62,089 nt of DNA from an uncultured Candidatus Saccharibacteria bacterium (GCA_964622505.1 CAZUQJ010000003.1:1-62089); one strand, 5' to 3'. Shown: positions 10,005-19,575, counted from the stretch's first letter. Program-made: numbers and translations. Notes: generated from the sequence alone by a model not told the origin.

Positions 10005-10130
10005 TGTGGAGTAAATTTATTAGCCCATTTGGGAATTAACCCTGTGAGAGGTAAAACTTGAACAGAAACCCAAGTGTCCCGCTATATGAGCGGTTTTTTT
10101 ACGCCCCAGGCGTTAAAATACAGAATATTT

Positions 10131-11267
10131 ATGAAAAAAACAGACGACAAAAACGAATTGGCAGATAGCGCAAGTGCTATCGCCGAGAGCGCAAAAATCG
10201 AGCTTTCAAGCATCGGCAAGATGCTAGAGAAGTCAGACCTTCCCCCACAAGTGGAGGCTCTTGTTGAAGGTGAAGTTATCGCCATCGAGAAGTCAGCAGT
10301 GTATATAAACCTTGCTCCATTTGGAACAGGTATTATTTACGGACGCGAATTTATTAATGCAAAAGACATCATCCGCAAGATCAACATAGGTGATGTAGTG
10401 AAGGCAAAGGTAGTCAGCGCAGAAAATGAAAACGGCTATGTAGAGCTCTCTCTTAAAGAAGCAAAGCAGGCACTGATCTGGAGCGAAGCCGAGAAAGCGA
10501 TCAAGTCAAAGACTTTGATCGAAATCACAGTCAAGGAAGCCAACAAAGGCGGACTTATCCTCGAATGGCAAGGTATCTCTGGATTCCTTCCAGCAAGTCA
10601 GCTCAAGAGCGAGCACTACCCACGTGTAGAAGATTCCGATAAAGACAAGATCTTGAAAGAGTTAAAGAAATTGATCGGCAAGCGCATCAATGTGATCATG
10701 ATCTCAGCGTTGCCAAAAGAAGGCAAGCTTATCTTCTCTGAAAAAGACAACAACCCAGAAGAGCGCAAAGAAATCATTGGCAAATACGCTGTCGGCGACG
10801 AGCTAGCATGTACTATTGCAGGAATCGTAGACTTTGGAATCTTCCTTAAGGTCGAAGACGGTCTCGAAGGACTTGTCCACATCTCCGAAATCGATTGGGG
10901 CTTGGTAGAAGACCCACGAAGCATGTTCAAAGTTGGCGATCCTATCCGCGCAAAGATCATCGAAATCAAAGACGGCAAGATCTCCCTTTCTATCAAAGCT
11001 CTCAAAGACAATCCATGGAAAGAATTTGAAGAGAAGTTGAAAAAGGGCGACATTATTTCTGGAGTAGTAATCAAATTCAACAAACACGGCGCATTGGTGT
11101 CTATCAAGCAAGGTGTAGCAGGATTGGTCCACAACTCAAGCTTCGGTTCTGAAGAGAAATTGAGAAAGACTTTGGAAATGGGCAAAACATACGACTTCCA
11201 AGTTACACTCTTTGAACCAAAAGACCAAAGAATGACCCTAGTCTACCTAGACAAAGAAAATAAATAG
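10131..11267 (+). CDS. rpsA: 30S ribosomal protein S1 (four S1 domains)
   Basis: Repeated S1 motifs (G.V..V....G..V.L..G..G..H.SE); ATG at 10131 preferred over the GTG at 10074, which lies in a leader hairpin. Confidence 0.9.
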   Translation: MKKTDDKNELADSASAIAESAKIELSSIGKMLEKSDLPPQVEALVEGEVIAIEKSAVYINLAPFGTGIIYGREFINAKDIIRKINIGDVVKAKVVSAENENGYVELSLKEAKQALIWSEAEKAIKSKTLIEITVKEANKGGLILEWQGISGFLPASQLKSEHYPRVEDSDKDKILKELKKLIGKRINVIMISALPKEGKLIFSEKDNNPEERKEIIGKYAVGDELACTIAGIVDFGIFLKVEDGLEGLVHISEIDWGLVEDPRSMFKVGDPIRAKIIEIKDGKISLSIKALKDNPWKEFEEKLKKGDIISGVVIKFNKHGALVSIKQGVAGLVHNSSFGSEEKLRKTLEMGKTYDFQVTLFEPKDQRMTLVYLDKENK

Positions 11268-11274
11268 TTCACAT

Positions 11275-11304
11275 AAAAAAGGCCTTCAATTGAAGGCCTT
11301 TTTT
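11275..11304. terminator. bidirectional intrinsic terminator
   Basis: AAAAAAGGCCTTCAATTGAAGGCCTTTTTT. Confidence 0.8.
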
Positions 11305-11316
11305 AATTTAGCTAAA

Positions 11317-11931
11317 TTAATTTGAAAGTGGTTTAATTATCTGCTCTTCAAATTCCTGAACAGTACCACGAAATTTCCACTCATCATTAGTATTACGATT
11401 ACAAACAATTTCCACCATGTCGTTTTCAGTAGGATCAGCAGGTTTACTTTTCTTATAACCCCACTGTGTGTCCCATACTTTTTCATGGCCTTCATTACTA
11501 CTCCTCATCAAGACAAGCAAAGGATCCTTTTGATCAAAGTATTGTTGCAGTCCTGAAATCACTGCTCGTAGCTTACCAAGACGTTTAGAATTTTCATGTT
11601 TCGGATTATCTAAATCGGTAAATGGTATGAGAGTGCCATCCTCAAGCTGAGCACCAATAATTCTGGCCAACCAACATCCATCGGATAAAGGAAATTGAAT
11701 GGATAGAACTTCTCCTGGTGTATCAGGAGAGAAACTCATATTTGAAAAAAATGTTTTTTCAAATATGGAAAGTGCTTCTTTTGCCTGGTCAGTTTTATAA
11801 GGCCAGAATGAAATTTCATACTGAACAGGAAATTCTCTTTCTTTAGCGGTTACCCACTCTGCTACCTTTTTAGGAACTTTTTTCGAATTCGGGTCTGTAT
11901 TAAACAGATGATGTAAATTTAATGTTATCAT
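11317..11931 (-). CDS. hypothetical protein
   Basis: 204-aa ORF, no recognised family. Confidence 0.5.
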   Translation of the reverse strand: MITLNLHHLFNTDPNSKKVPKKVAEWVTAKEREFPVQYEISFWPYKTDQAKEALSIFEKTFFSNMSFSPDTPGEVLSIQFPLSDGCWLARIIGAQLEDGTLIPFTDLDNPKHENSKRLGKLRAVISGLQQYFDQKDPLLVLMRSSNEGHEKVWDTQWGYKKSKPADPTENDMVEIVCNRNTNDEWKFRGTVQEFEEQIIKPLSN

Positions 11932-12010
11932 AATATTGAATTTTTATATTTTGAGTATTATATCATAATTAAAAATATAAGTCAAGCACTCGTAATGGTT
12001 CAATACCTAC

Positions 12011-12036
12011 AAATGTACCAGTCGGACTGGTACATT
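12011..12036. repeat. REP1 palindrome (3' flank of RAYT-1)
   Basis: AAATGTACCAGTCGGACTGGTACATTT; centre TCGGA. Confidence 0.85.
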
Positions 12037-12043
12037 TATATTT

Positions 12044-12718
12044 TTAACTAGATATCCAATTAAAAATCTCCTTTTTAAAGTCTTTTACTTTGTAAAAATA
12101 GTTTAAGAAATTTTCTCTGTCCAATATTCCATTTTCCTTTCTTTGAATTCCTGCGTAGTCTAAATAACTACTCCACTTATAGGAATCCAAGAAAGTGATT
12201 GTCTTTGAGATATCTTTTATTCCCTCTTTTTTCCAATTGGAATTAATTAATTTTACAGGGTTGAGATGTATATATGAAAATAAATATTTTGCTTGGGTAT
12301 CGAGAGACATATGCACAGATTTAAACCTACCTTCAAAAAGTCCCCCGGTTCTATTATATTTTTTGTTGAAATATAATGTATAGGTAGTAAGTAATTTTCT
12401 CATAAATTCAGATATCCGACTTTTCTCAATTTCTTTCCAAAAATCTGATTTGTGACTAGTGGAAACATAAAGATGAAAATGATTTGGCATCAAAACCCAT
12501 GCTCCAATTGAAACAACTGTCTCCCCTCGATCAAAATCGAAAGGGTCTAATTTTATATCCCGGCCAAATTTAAACTTTTTATATGTGTTACAAATAAAAA
12601 GACAATTAACAAAATGTTGATAGTCGGATTCATCTAAAAATATCTTCTGCTTACTGTTGCCTCTACTATAAATGTGATAGTATTCCCCATCTACAAGGGG
12701 TGTTTTTCTAATACCCAT
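12044..12718 (-). CDS. REP-associated tyrosine transposase (RAYT, IS200/IS605 Y1 HUH family), copy 1
   Basis: HUH motif MPNHFHLYV and Tyr motif YIHLNPVK; start set at MGIRK by alignment with the two paralogs (MSIRK, MALRK). Confidence 0.85.
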   Translation of the reverse strand: MGIRKTPLVDGEYYHIYSRGNSKQKIFLDESDYQHFVNCLFICNTYKKFKFGRDIKLDPFDFDRGETVVSIGAWVLMPNHFHLYVSTSHKSDFWKEIEKSRISEFMRKLLTTYTLYFNKKYNRTGGLFEGRFKSVHMSLDTQAKYLFSYIHLNPVKLINSNWKKEGIKDISKTITFLDSYKWSSYLDYAGIQRKENGILDRENFLNYFYKVKDFKKEIFNWISS

Positions 12719-12741
12719 ATTCCCATTGTATAGCAAATCCA

Positions 12742-12772
12742 AAAAATGTACCAGTCCGACTGGTACATTTTT
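12742..12772. repeat. REP1 palindrome (5' flank of RAYT-1), inverted orientation
   Basis: AAAAATGTACCAGTCCGACTGGTACATTTTT; centre TCCGA is the reverse complement of the centre of the copy at 12011. Confidence 0.85.
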
Positions 12773-13330
12773 TTAATTATATATGTTCATCGCTTGTTGG
12801 TGGCCTGCTGTGACTATTGTTTCTATTATTTGCGCGACTTTTTGTGAGATTGGTTCAAGTTGGGATTGTTCTTCTTGCGAGAAATTGCCGAGGACATCGG
12901 GCTTGCGGATAGTGCCAGTTTCGTCGAGGATTGATACGCCTATACGGATACGTGTGAATTCTTTTGTACCCAACGTACTCTGTATCGATTTGACTCCGTT
13001 GTGCCCGCCGTCTCCCCTGTCGTACGAAATTTTTATTATTCCAAGTGACAGATCGATGTCATCGTGAATGACAACAATATTTTCTGGTGTAGTGCCATAT
13101 GTTTTCATTAAGTATGGAATCACGCGCCCGCTCTCGTTCATAAATGTTTGTGGCTTCACGAGCAAGACATCGGTATCATCGATCCGAGTATTTGCCAGTT
13201 CCGATTCCGCATATTTATTTTTCTGCCAACGTGACTCATCGAAAAGTGAATCCAGAATTATCCACGCGACATTATGCCGTGTATTTTTGTATTCAGTGCC
13301 AGTATTTCCAAGTCCAATAATTGTAAACAT
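12773..13330 (-). CDS. pth: peptidyl-tRNA hydrolase
   Basis: GLGNTGTEYKNTRHNV and GHNGVKS motifs. Confidence 0.93.
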   Translation of the reverse strand: MFTIIGLGNTGTEYKNTRHNVAWIILDSLFDESRWQKNKYAESELANTRIDDTDVLLVKPQTFMNESGRVIPYLMKTYGTTPENIVVIHDDIDLSLGIIKISYDRGDGGHNGVKSIQSTLGTKEFTRIRIGVSILDETGTIRKPDVLGNFSQEEQSQLEPISQKVAQIIETIVTAGHQQAMNIYN

Positions 13331-13433
13331 ATATGAAGTGTAAAACAGTATGGATTAAATATCAATTAAATTATAGTACACCATATAAAATCCTATTACG
13401 TCAAGTGTGTTTTTGTGGTAAAATTCTGCACAT

Positions 13434-14033
13434 ATGGAAGAAGAAAAGAACACAAAAGAGCAGAGCAGTCCAAAGAAAGATGAGTCTCTTTTTAAGAAAA
13501 TTAAAGACAACGCCTTAGAATTCCTCAAGTTTGCACTCATTGCTATTGTTATCGTACTACCGATACGCATGTACATTGCCCAGCCATTTATAGTCAGTGG
13601 GCTCTCTATGTTCCCAACATTCAACGACAGAGAGTACCTGATCATCGACGAGTTATCTTACAACCTTGGCACACCCCATCGACTTGATGTTGCTGTATTT
13701 CATTATCCCAATGACGCAAAGAAATATTTTATAAAAAGAATCATCGGATTACCGAACGAGACTATTGTTATACAAGACGGAGAGGTTACAATTAAAAACG
13801 CAGAGTTCCCCGATGGATTTGTTTTGAAAGAAGAGTATATCAATGAAAAGTTTTCTACAAATGGTACATATGTGATGGGCAAAGAGGATTACTTTGTTAT
13901 GGGAGACAACCGTAACTATAGTTCCGACTCACGAGCCTGGGGCAAAGTACCGAGAAAGTTGATTGTAGGTCGTGCATTGTTACGCTTACTACCAGTAAAT
14001 CATATGTCATTATTACCAGGTAAAATTGAATAA
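13434..14033 (+). CDS. lepB: signal peptidase I
   Basis: SGLSMFPT (catalytic Ser), KRIIGLP, GDNRNYSSDSR. Confidence 0.92.
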   Translation: MEEEKNTKEQSSPKKDESLFKKIKDNALEFLKFALIAIVIVLPIRMYIAQPFIVSGLSMFPTFNDREYLIIDELSYNLGTPHRLDVAVFHYPNDAKKYFIKRIIGLPNETIVIQDGEVTIKNAEFPDGFVLKEEYINEKFSTNGTYVMGKEDYFVMGDNRNYSSDSRAWGKVPRKLIVGRALLRLLPVNHMSLLPGKIE

Positions 14034-14035
14034 AT

Positions 14036-15334
14036 ATGTCTGACAAAAAGAAAAAATCAAATAAAGAACCGATCCAATCAGTCAAAGGTATGCGCGACAT
14101 CCTTGATGAGCAATACTACAACTACCAAGGATTCTTTGAAAAAGCTCAAGAAATTGCAGTGTACTACGGCTTTAAACCAATAGAGGTACCTGTCGTCGAA
14201 CAAGAAGAATTGTTTGTCACCAGTATCGGTATCGGAACAGATGCAATTGATAAAGAAATGTACACCCTTAAAACAAAAGGTGGCGACCATCTGGCATTGC
14301 GCCCCGAGGGTACTGCGGGTGTCATGCGCGCATATATAGAGCACGGTATGCAAAACCTACCACAACCAGTGATGCTCTACTACTATGGTCCAATGTTCCG
14401 CCACGACAGTCCTCAGCGAGGCCGCTACCGTGATTTCCGTCAATTTGGTCTGGAGGTTATCGGTACAGAAAAAAGCATCGTTGACGCATTAGTTATAAAA
14501 ACCACAATGGTCATCCTCGAAGAATGTGGCGCACAAAACATGTCTGTAAATATAAATTCTATCGGGGACAAAGATTGCCGAGGCGCTTATATAAAAGAAC
14601 TTACCAATTATTACAAAAAGCATCTCAGTGACTTGGGGGCTATTGACCGCGAACGCTTGAAGACCAATCCCCTACGAATACTAGATTCCAAAGACCCAAA
14701 AGCAATCGAGATCAATGAAAACGCTCCGGACTCTATATCGTACCTATGTCATGATTGCAAAAAGCACTTCAAAGAAGTCTTGGAATACTTGGAAAAGATG
14801 GACATAGCCTATTCTATCAACAAGAATCTTGTACGAGGACTTTCATACTATACTCGCACCGTGTTCGAAATTATTGAAAACGAGGGCACAGACGGTCTAC
14901 CACCACTAACTATCGCAGGCGGAGGACGTTACGACTATTTGGCAAAAATGCTTGGAAGCAAAAAAGATGTTCCATCAATGGGCGTTTCCATCGGGGTTGA
15001 TCGAGTTGTCGAGAGCGCTTGGTGCGGAAAACTATGCCCACGTATAAGCAAGAAGCCAAAGATGTATTTTATTCAGCTTGGCTTTGATGCAAAATTAAAA
15101 TCACTGAATGTTATTGAGATATTGCGTAAAGCAAAAATTCCAATTGCCCAATCCCTTTCAAAAGACAGCCTTGGTATACAGCTCGCAGTCGCTGAGAAAT
15201 TGGGAGTAAAGTATGCATTGATCTTCGGTCAAAAGGAAGCTTTGGAGGACTCTGTTATCGTCCGCGATATGAACAATCGTTCTCAAGAAACTATCAAGCT
15301 CAATAAACTTTTAGAATATATCAAAGAACTATAA
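14036..15334 (+). CDS. hisS: histidine--tRNA ligase
   Basis: GMRD, LRPEGTA, FRHDSPQRGRYRDF class-II motifs. Confidence 0.95.
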   Translation: MSDKKKKSNKEPIQSVKGMRDILDEQYYNYQGFFEKAQEIAVYYGFKPIEVPVVEQEELFVTSIGIGTDAIDKEMYTLKTKGGDHLALRPEGTAGVMRAYIEHGMQNLPQPVMLYYYGPMFRHDSPQRGRYRDFRQFGLEVIGTEKSIVDALVIKTTMVILEECGAQNMSVNINSIGDKDCRGAYIKELTNYYKKHLSDLGAIDRERLKTNPLRILDSKDPKAIEINENAPDSISYLCHDCKKHFKEVLEYLEKMDIAYSINKNLVRGLSYYTRTVFEIIENEGTDGLPPLTIAGGGRYDYLAKMLGSKKDVPSMGVSIGVDRVVESAWCGKLCPRISKKPKMYFIQLGFDAKLKSLNVIEILRKAKIPIAQSLSKDSLGIQLAVAEKLGVKYALIFGQKEALEDSVIVRDMNNRSQETIKLNKLLEYIKEL

Positions 15335-15335
15335 T

Positions 15336-15878
15336 ATGGTAAAAATAATCCAAAATGGACATCCAACATTACGGACGAGAGCCTTGCCCGTCTTGATAAA
15401 AGATATTGGAAGCCCAAAAATAAAAAAGGTGCTCGCCGAGATGAAGAAAGCTCTATCTCTAGAAAGCGACGGTGTTGCTATTGCAGCTCCTCAGATCAAC
15501 GTCTCCTTGCGCATATTTGTTGTATCAGGCAAAGTTTTTGACGAAGGCTTCATCCATGGAGACCAACTCCAAGAATTAAGTAAAAATACAGATAAAGTAT
15601 TTATAAACCCAAAAATCCTCAAAATGTCGCGCGACAAGAAATTACTTTCTGAGGGTTGCCTCTCTGTACGTCCCATGTATGGCAAAGTGCGCCGTGCTAC
15701 TCGCACAACGCTCGAAGCTTATGATGAAAAAGGGGTCAAATTTGTAACAGAAGCAAGCTCTCTCCTTGCGCATATATTCCAACACGAGACAGATCATCTC
15801 GACGGGATATTGTTTATAGACAAAGCCAAAGATTTACACGAAGCAAGCCCCGAAGAAGAATTCAACAATGGAAAATAA
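15336..15878 (+). CDS. def: peptide deformylase
   Basis: GVAIAAPQI, EGCLS, HETDH. Confidence 0.95.
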   Translation: MVKIIQNGHPTLRTRALPVLIKDIGSPKIKKVLAEMKKALSLESDGVAIAAPQINVSLRIFVVSGKVFDEGFIHGDQLQELSKNTDKVFINPKILKMSRDKKLLSEGCLSVRPMYGKVRRATRTTLEAYDEKGVKFVTEASSLLAHIFQHETDHLDGILFIDKAKDLHEASPEEEFNNGK

Positions 15879-16692
15879 AAAATTAAAATTTGCCTTCTGG
15901 GGTACACCGGATGTAGCAAGCGTTACATTGCAAATTTTGATTGAAAATGGCTTAATCCCAAGTATAGTGATTACTAATCCAGATAGGAAACAAGGCCGGG
16001 GCTTAGAATTAACACAAAGTCCAGTAAAAATCTTGGCGGAAAAACACAATATCCCTGTTCTTACTCCAGAAAAAATTGATGATGATTTTATTAATAATTT
16101 TTCAAAATTAAATATTGACCTATCTATTGTAGTAGCGTACGGTTCAATCCTACCTGAAAATATTATCGATAGACCCGGATTTGGAACTTTGAATATTCAC
16201 TATTCTTTGCTTCCAAAATACAGGGGTGCCTCCCCTGTCGAATCAGCATTGCTCAATGGTGACAAAGAAACTGGGGTAACAATACAGAAAATGATAAAGA
16301 AATTAGATGCAGGAGATATTGTAGCAGTTGAAAAATTTACTATAAATGACACAATTTCGAAAAATGAATTACGAGGTGAGCTTATAAAGCTCGGTGTAAA
16401 TTTACTTATAAAAATACTTCCAGACTATATCGAAAATAAAATAACTCCAGTTCCACAAGACGAAAGTCTTGCAACCCATTGTGGCAAAATAAAGAAAGAA
16501 GATGGCTTGATAGATTTAAATGATGACCCAAAAGAAATATATAACAAATATCGCGCCTATAGTGGCTGGCCCGGCATCTACTTTTTTGAAAATGGTAAAA
16601 GAATCAAGATAACAAAAGCCCGCCTAGGAGATGGTAAATTTGTAATAGAGAGAGTAATCCCCGAAGGCAAAAAAGAAACTATTTGGATGTAA
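15868..16692 (+). CDS. fmt: methionyl-tRNA formyltransferase (short form)
   Basis: FWGTPDVA and HYSLLPKYRGASP; 274 aa. Confidence 0.9.
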   Translation: MENKKLKFAFWGTPDVASVTLQILIENGLIPSIVITNPDRKQGRGLELTQSPVKILAEKHNIPVLTPEKIDDDFINNFSKLNIDLSIVVAYGSILPENIIDRPGFGTLNIHYSLLPKYRGASPVESALLNGDKETGVTIQKMIKKLDAGDIVAVEKFTINDTISKNELRGELIKLGVNLLIKILPDYIENKITPVPQDESLATHCGKIKKEDGLIDLNDDPKEIYNKYRAYSGWPGIYFFENGKRIKITKARLGDGKFVIERVIPEGKKETIWM

Positions 16693-17059
16693 AAGGATTT
16701 CTGTTAGATAGTCCTTTAAGCATTTTCTTTACGCTTATTGCTCCTCTTTTATACAATGTTCTTTCTCGGTCTTTGTTGTGTGTAAGCTCACTTATCATAG
16801 ACTCTCGAGCCATATCCACAGCCGAGTACAAATCCTCACTTTCCGCTACTGTAAAAAATTTCTTGCCATCGGCTCGGATATCAAATTCGGCTTTGTAAAC
16901 AACGCCTTGCTTGTGATGATTGGTCGTCTTTGCGACTTCTACTTGGACTTGTACATTTGAATTATTTAGGAATTTTTCTAAGCTATCAACCTTTTTATTG
17001 ACATAGTCTTTGACTGCATCAGTGAGTTCTATGTTTGTTGCTTTGATGTTTGTATTCAT
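16679..17059 (-). CDS. hpf: ribosome hibernation promoting factor / RaiA family
   Basis: MNTNIKATNIELTDAVKDYVNKKVDSLEKF is a typical sigma54-modulation/S30EA N-terminus. Confidence 0.85.
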   Translation of the reverse strand: MNTNIKATNIELTDAVKDYVNKKVDSLEKFLNNSNVQVQVEVAKTTNHHKQGVVYKAEFDIRADGKKFFTVAESEDLYSAVDMARESMISELTHNKDRERTLYKRGAISVKKMLKGLSNRNPFTSK

Positions 17060-17105
17060 ACAATAATTATATCACAACTAATTGTGAATGGTATACAAAC
17101 AAAAA

Positions 17106-17134
17106 CTTGAAAAAGCCTAAAAGTATGCTATAAT
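17106..17134 (+). promoter_or_regulatory. sigma70-type promoter
   Basis: TTGAAA, 17 nt, TGcTATAAT. Confidence 0.6.
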
Positions 17135-17152
17135 ATAAAAAAACCAAAAAGA

Positions 17153-18238
17153 ATGATAGATAATACTACTCTCGACCCCGCAAAGCTCTTCAAAAGAGCT
17201 ATTTCTTTTTTTATGATGTTCCTTCCGATTTTTATGGTGGAAACAACCTTTGCACATTCATCGGATACAACCGACCTTAGATGGGTGAGCACTCAAATTA
17301 CCTCAAAGACTTTTAAGGTAAAGTTGCAGATGAAGCCCCGTACCAACTACAAAACTGGCAGTTTTACTGTTGTTTTTGAAAACAATGAAGATGCATTAGC
17401 ATACAGAAGCTACACTTCTTTAGCTCTAAAAACAGGAGACTATAAAAATAGCCTCTATGCTGGATCCGATGGCGGATCAATCGTTGTAAAATACAAGGGC
17501 ACAGAAAGTAATGGAACAACACTTTCTAGTACAACCTGGACTGACGTTGGAGAAATACTATTTGACGTAACTGATAGCACTCAAAGTTCTGAGTTATCGA
17601 TTGTCAAAAGTAACACAATACTGCACACAAGCAATAATAGTGATACAGATTGTGTAATCTTGGGTACACTAACTCAAAATGATGTTGCATTACCTGTAAC
17701 ATGGCTTTTTGTAAAAGCTATGAGCTACACAGATTTCATAAACCAAATCGTATGGGCCACAGCGGCAGAAATCAACAACGACCGATTTGAGGTTGAGCGA
17801 AGCTTCATTCCTAATCATGAAAATTTCTCAAGAGTAGCCTCAGTTAAAGGCAGAGGTAATTCTATGGAAATAACCCACTACAAAATCAATGATACTTTAT
17901 CTGCAGTATTCACAGGAGAAACTGTGTACTATCGTATCAAACAAATTGATCTTGATGGGACAGTGAGCTATTCAAAAATAGTAAAAGTGGTAGAGAAAGT
18001 AACAGAGGACACACAGATTGGGGCCTCACTCTCGTCAAACCCTCTTACTATCCATTTAAAGGAAATTCCAGAAAATTTAACCAACCTGGTCGTACTCGAT
18101 ACGTCTGGTAGAGAATTACTGGCAATAGAATTAAAAGAAAAAGCAACAATCATCAATACAGAAAACTACCCTCCAGGCATGTATTCGATTATTGTTTACA
18201 GTTACTATAATCAAGAAAAATTCAAGGTTATAAAGTAA
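17153..18238 (+). CDS. secreted protein with T9SS-type C-terminal sorting-domain-like tail
   Basis: Signal peptide (FMMFLPIFMVETTFA); C-terminus VVLDTSGRELLAIELKEKATIINTENYPPGMYSIIVYSYYNQEKFKVIK fits the Por_Secre_tail pattern. Confidence 0.6.
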   Translation: MIDNTTLDPAKLFKRAISFFMMFLPIFMVETTFAHSSDTTDLRWVSTQITSKTFKVKLQMKPRTNYKTGSFTVVFENNEDALAYRSYTSLALKTGDYKNSLYAGSDGGSIVVKYKGTESNGTTLSSTTWTDVGEILFDVTDSTQSSELSIVKSNTILHTSNNSDTDCVILGTLTQNDVALPVTWLFVKAMSYTDFINQIVWATAAEINNDRFEVERSFIPNHENFSRVASVKGRGNSMEITHYKINDTLSAVFTGETVYYRIKQIDLDGTVSYSKIVKVVEKVTEDTQIGASLSSNPLTIHLKEIPENLTNLVVLDTSGRELLAIELKEKATIINTENYPPGMYSIIVYSYYNQEKFKVIK

Positions 18239-18254
18239 TTTCTAAAAAAATATA

Positions 18255-18284
18255 AAAGCCCGATAAATATCATCGGGCTTTTTA
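18255..18284 (+). terminator. intrinsic terminator
   Basis: AAAAGCCCGAT...ATCGGGCTTTTT. Confidence 0.75.
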
Positions 18285-18310
18285 TGTGGTCAAAATTTCA
18301 TACACAAAAC

Positions 18311-18337
18311 AAAAGACCCCCGTTTGGGGGTCTTTTG
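18311..18337 (-). terminator. intrinsic terminator of csp
   Basis: AAAAGACCCCCGTTTGGGGGTCTTTTG. Confidence 0.75.
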
Positions 18338-18354
18338 TTTTATCCATAAATGGA

Positions 18355-18552
18355 TTATGCTCGTTGTACGTTTACAGCGTTCATTCCTTTTGGAGAGTTT
18401 TCTGTTTCGAAAGAAACAGCATCGCCTTCGCGAAGTTCGTCAAACGATACTCCGACTAGAGAATTGCTATGGAAGAATAAATCCTTTGCCATACCTTCAC
18501 CAGTGATGAAACCGAAACCTTTGTCAGTAAGCTTTTTTATAGTACCTGTCAT
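18355..18552 (-). CDS. csp: cold-shock protein (CSD)
   Basis: GTIKKLTDKGFGFI (RNP1) and DLFFH (RNP2). Confidence 0.93.
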   Translation of the reverse strand: MTGTIKKLTDKGFGFITGEGMAKDLFFHSNSLVGVSFDELREGDAVSFETENSPKGMNAVNVQRA

Positions 18553-18705
18553 AAAGTTTTTAAATTATTTAATAATATACAAAAATAAAGATATAAGAAA
18601 ATCGACTTGTGTTCTACAATAGCTCTTTTGTCTGTGTACAGAGTACCATATATTGATAGAATAAGTCAATAGGTACGGCGCCCTAGAAAGCGTTATAATA
18701 CAAGC

Positions 18706-19575
18706 ATGAATAAACTCAGACATATTCTCTCAGGAATCTTACTCACTCTATATCTTGCTGCTTTGATGTACGCAATGCTCAACAATGCGACAATTACAGC
18801 CCTCTACAACCTGCCACTTATGACAATACCGATCCTTGGACTTATCAGTGTGATTATTTTAGGCTATTACTACACACATTTATTCCTTAAAATAGAGAAA
18901 CTGGAATTTGAATTCACTTCTATCGTCAATCACGCATTTCGTACACCACTCACTCGTATTATGTGGCTTACAAAAGAATTAGAAAAAGAAATCCCTCGAG
19001 AACAGCGACTACTGTTCTTGCAAAATGTAGAGAACACCGCAAGCCGAGTGATCGGAATCGTCGATTTGATCGCAGGTATGAAAGAAGCGAGCAATGCATT
19101 TGGATACATCTTTCAAGCTGTATCTATACGTGAGATTGTAGAGAAGTCTATCGAGAAGCACCGCGAAGCCATCAAGCAAAAAAATCTAGCTTTCCAAGTC
19201 TCTACATTTAAAGACATTCCCCTTTTGACCGTTGATATCAAAAAGATATCTTTTGTGTTTGATGTCCTTATCGAAAATGCAGTTTTCTATACTCCAAAGG
19301 ATGGCCACATCAGCATCGACTGTATACCAAAATCAAATAAAATAATCTTCTTTGTCAGCGATTCTGGTCTCGGGCTCACATTTATGGAGAAATTTAGAGT
19401 ATTCTCCAAGTTTTATCGTTCCGAAAAAGCGCGGTTGATGAACACCGACGGTATGGGACTCGGACTCTATCTTGCAAAAATCATTATCGAGCGCCACAAA
19501 GGACGGATCTATGTAGAGTCCAGAGGCCGAGACAAAGGCTCCAAGTTCTACGTTGAGCTCCCTTTTGGTAGATAA
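18706..19575 (+). CDS. sensor histidine kinase, orphan
   Basis: Two TM helices, H-box NHAFRTPLT, N-box ENAVFYTP, G-boxes DSGLGL and GMGLGLYLAK; no response regulator nearby. Confidence 0.88.
   Translation: MNKLRHILSGILLTLYLAALMYAMLNNATITALYNLPLMTIPILGLISVIILGYYYTHLFLKIEKLEFEFTSIVNHAFRTPLTRIMWLTKELEKEIPREQRLLFLQNVENTASRVIGIVDLIAGMKEASNAFGYIFQAVSIREIVEKSIEKHREAIKQKNLAFQVSTFKDIPLLTVDIKKISFVFDVLIENAVFYTPKDGHISIDCIPKSNKIIFFVSDSGLGLTFMEKFRVFSKFYRSEKARLMNTDGMGLGLYLAKIIIERHKGRIYVESRGRDKGSKFYVELPFGR

Noticed and set aside
10616-11185. 189-aa ORF antisense to rpsA
   Set aside because: It is a shadow of the S1-domain repeats and has no motif or promoter of its own.
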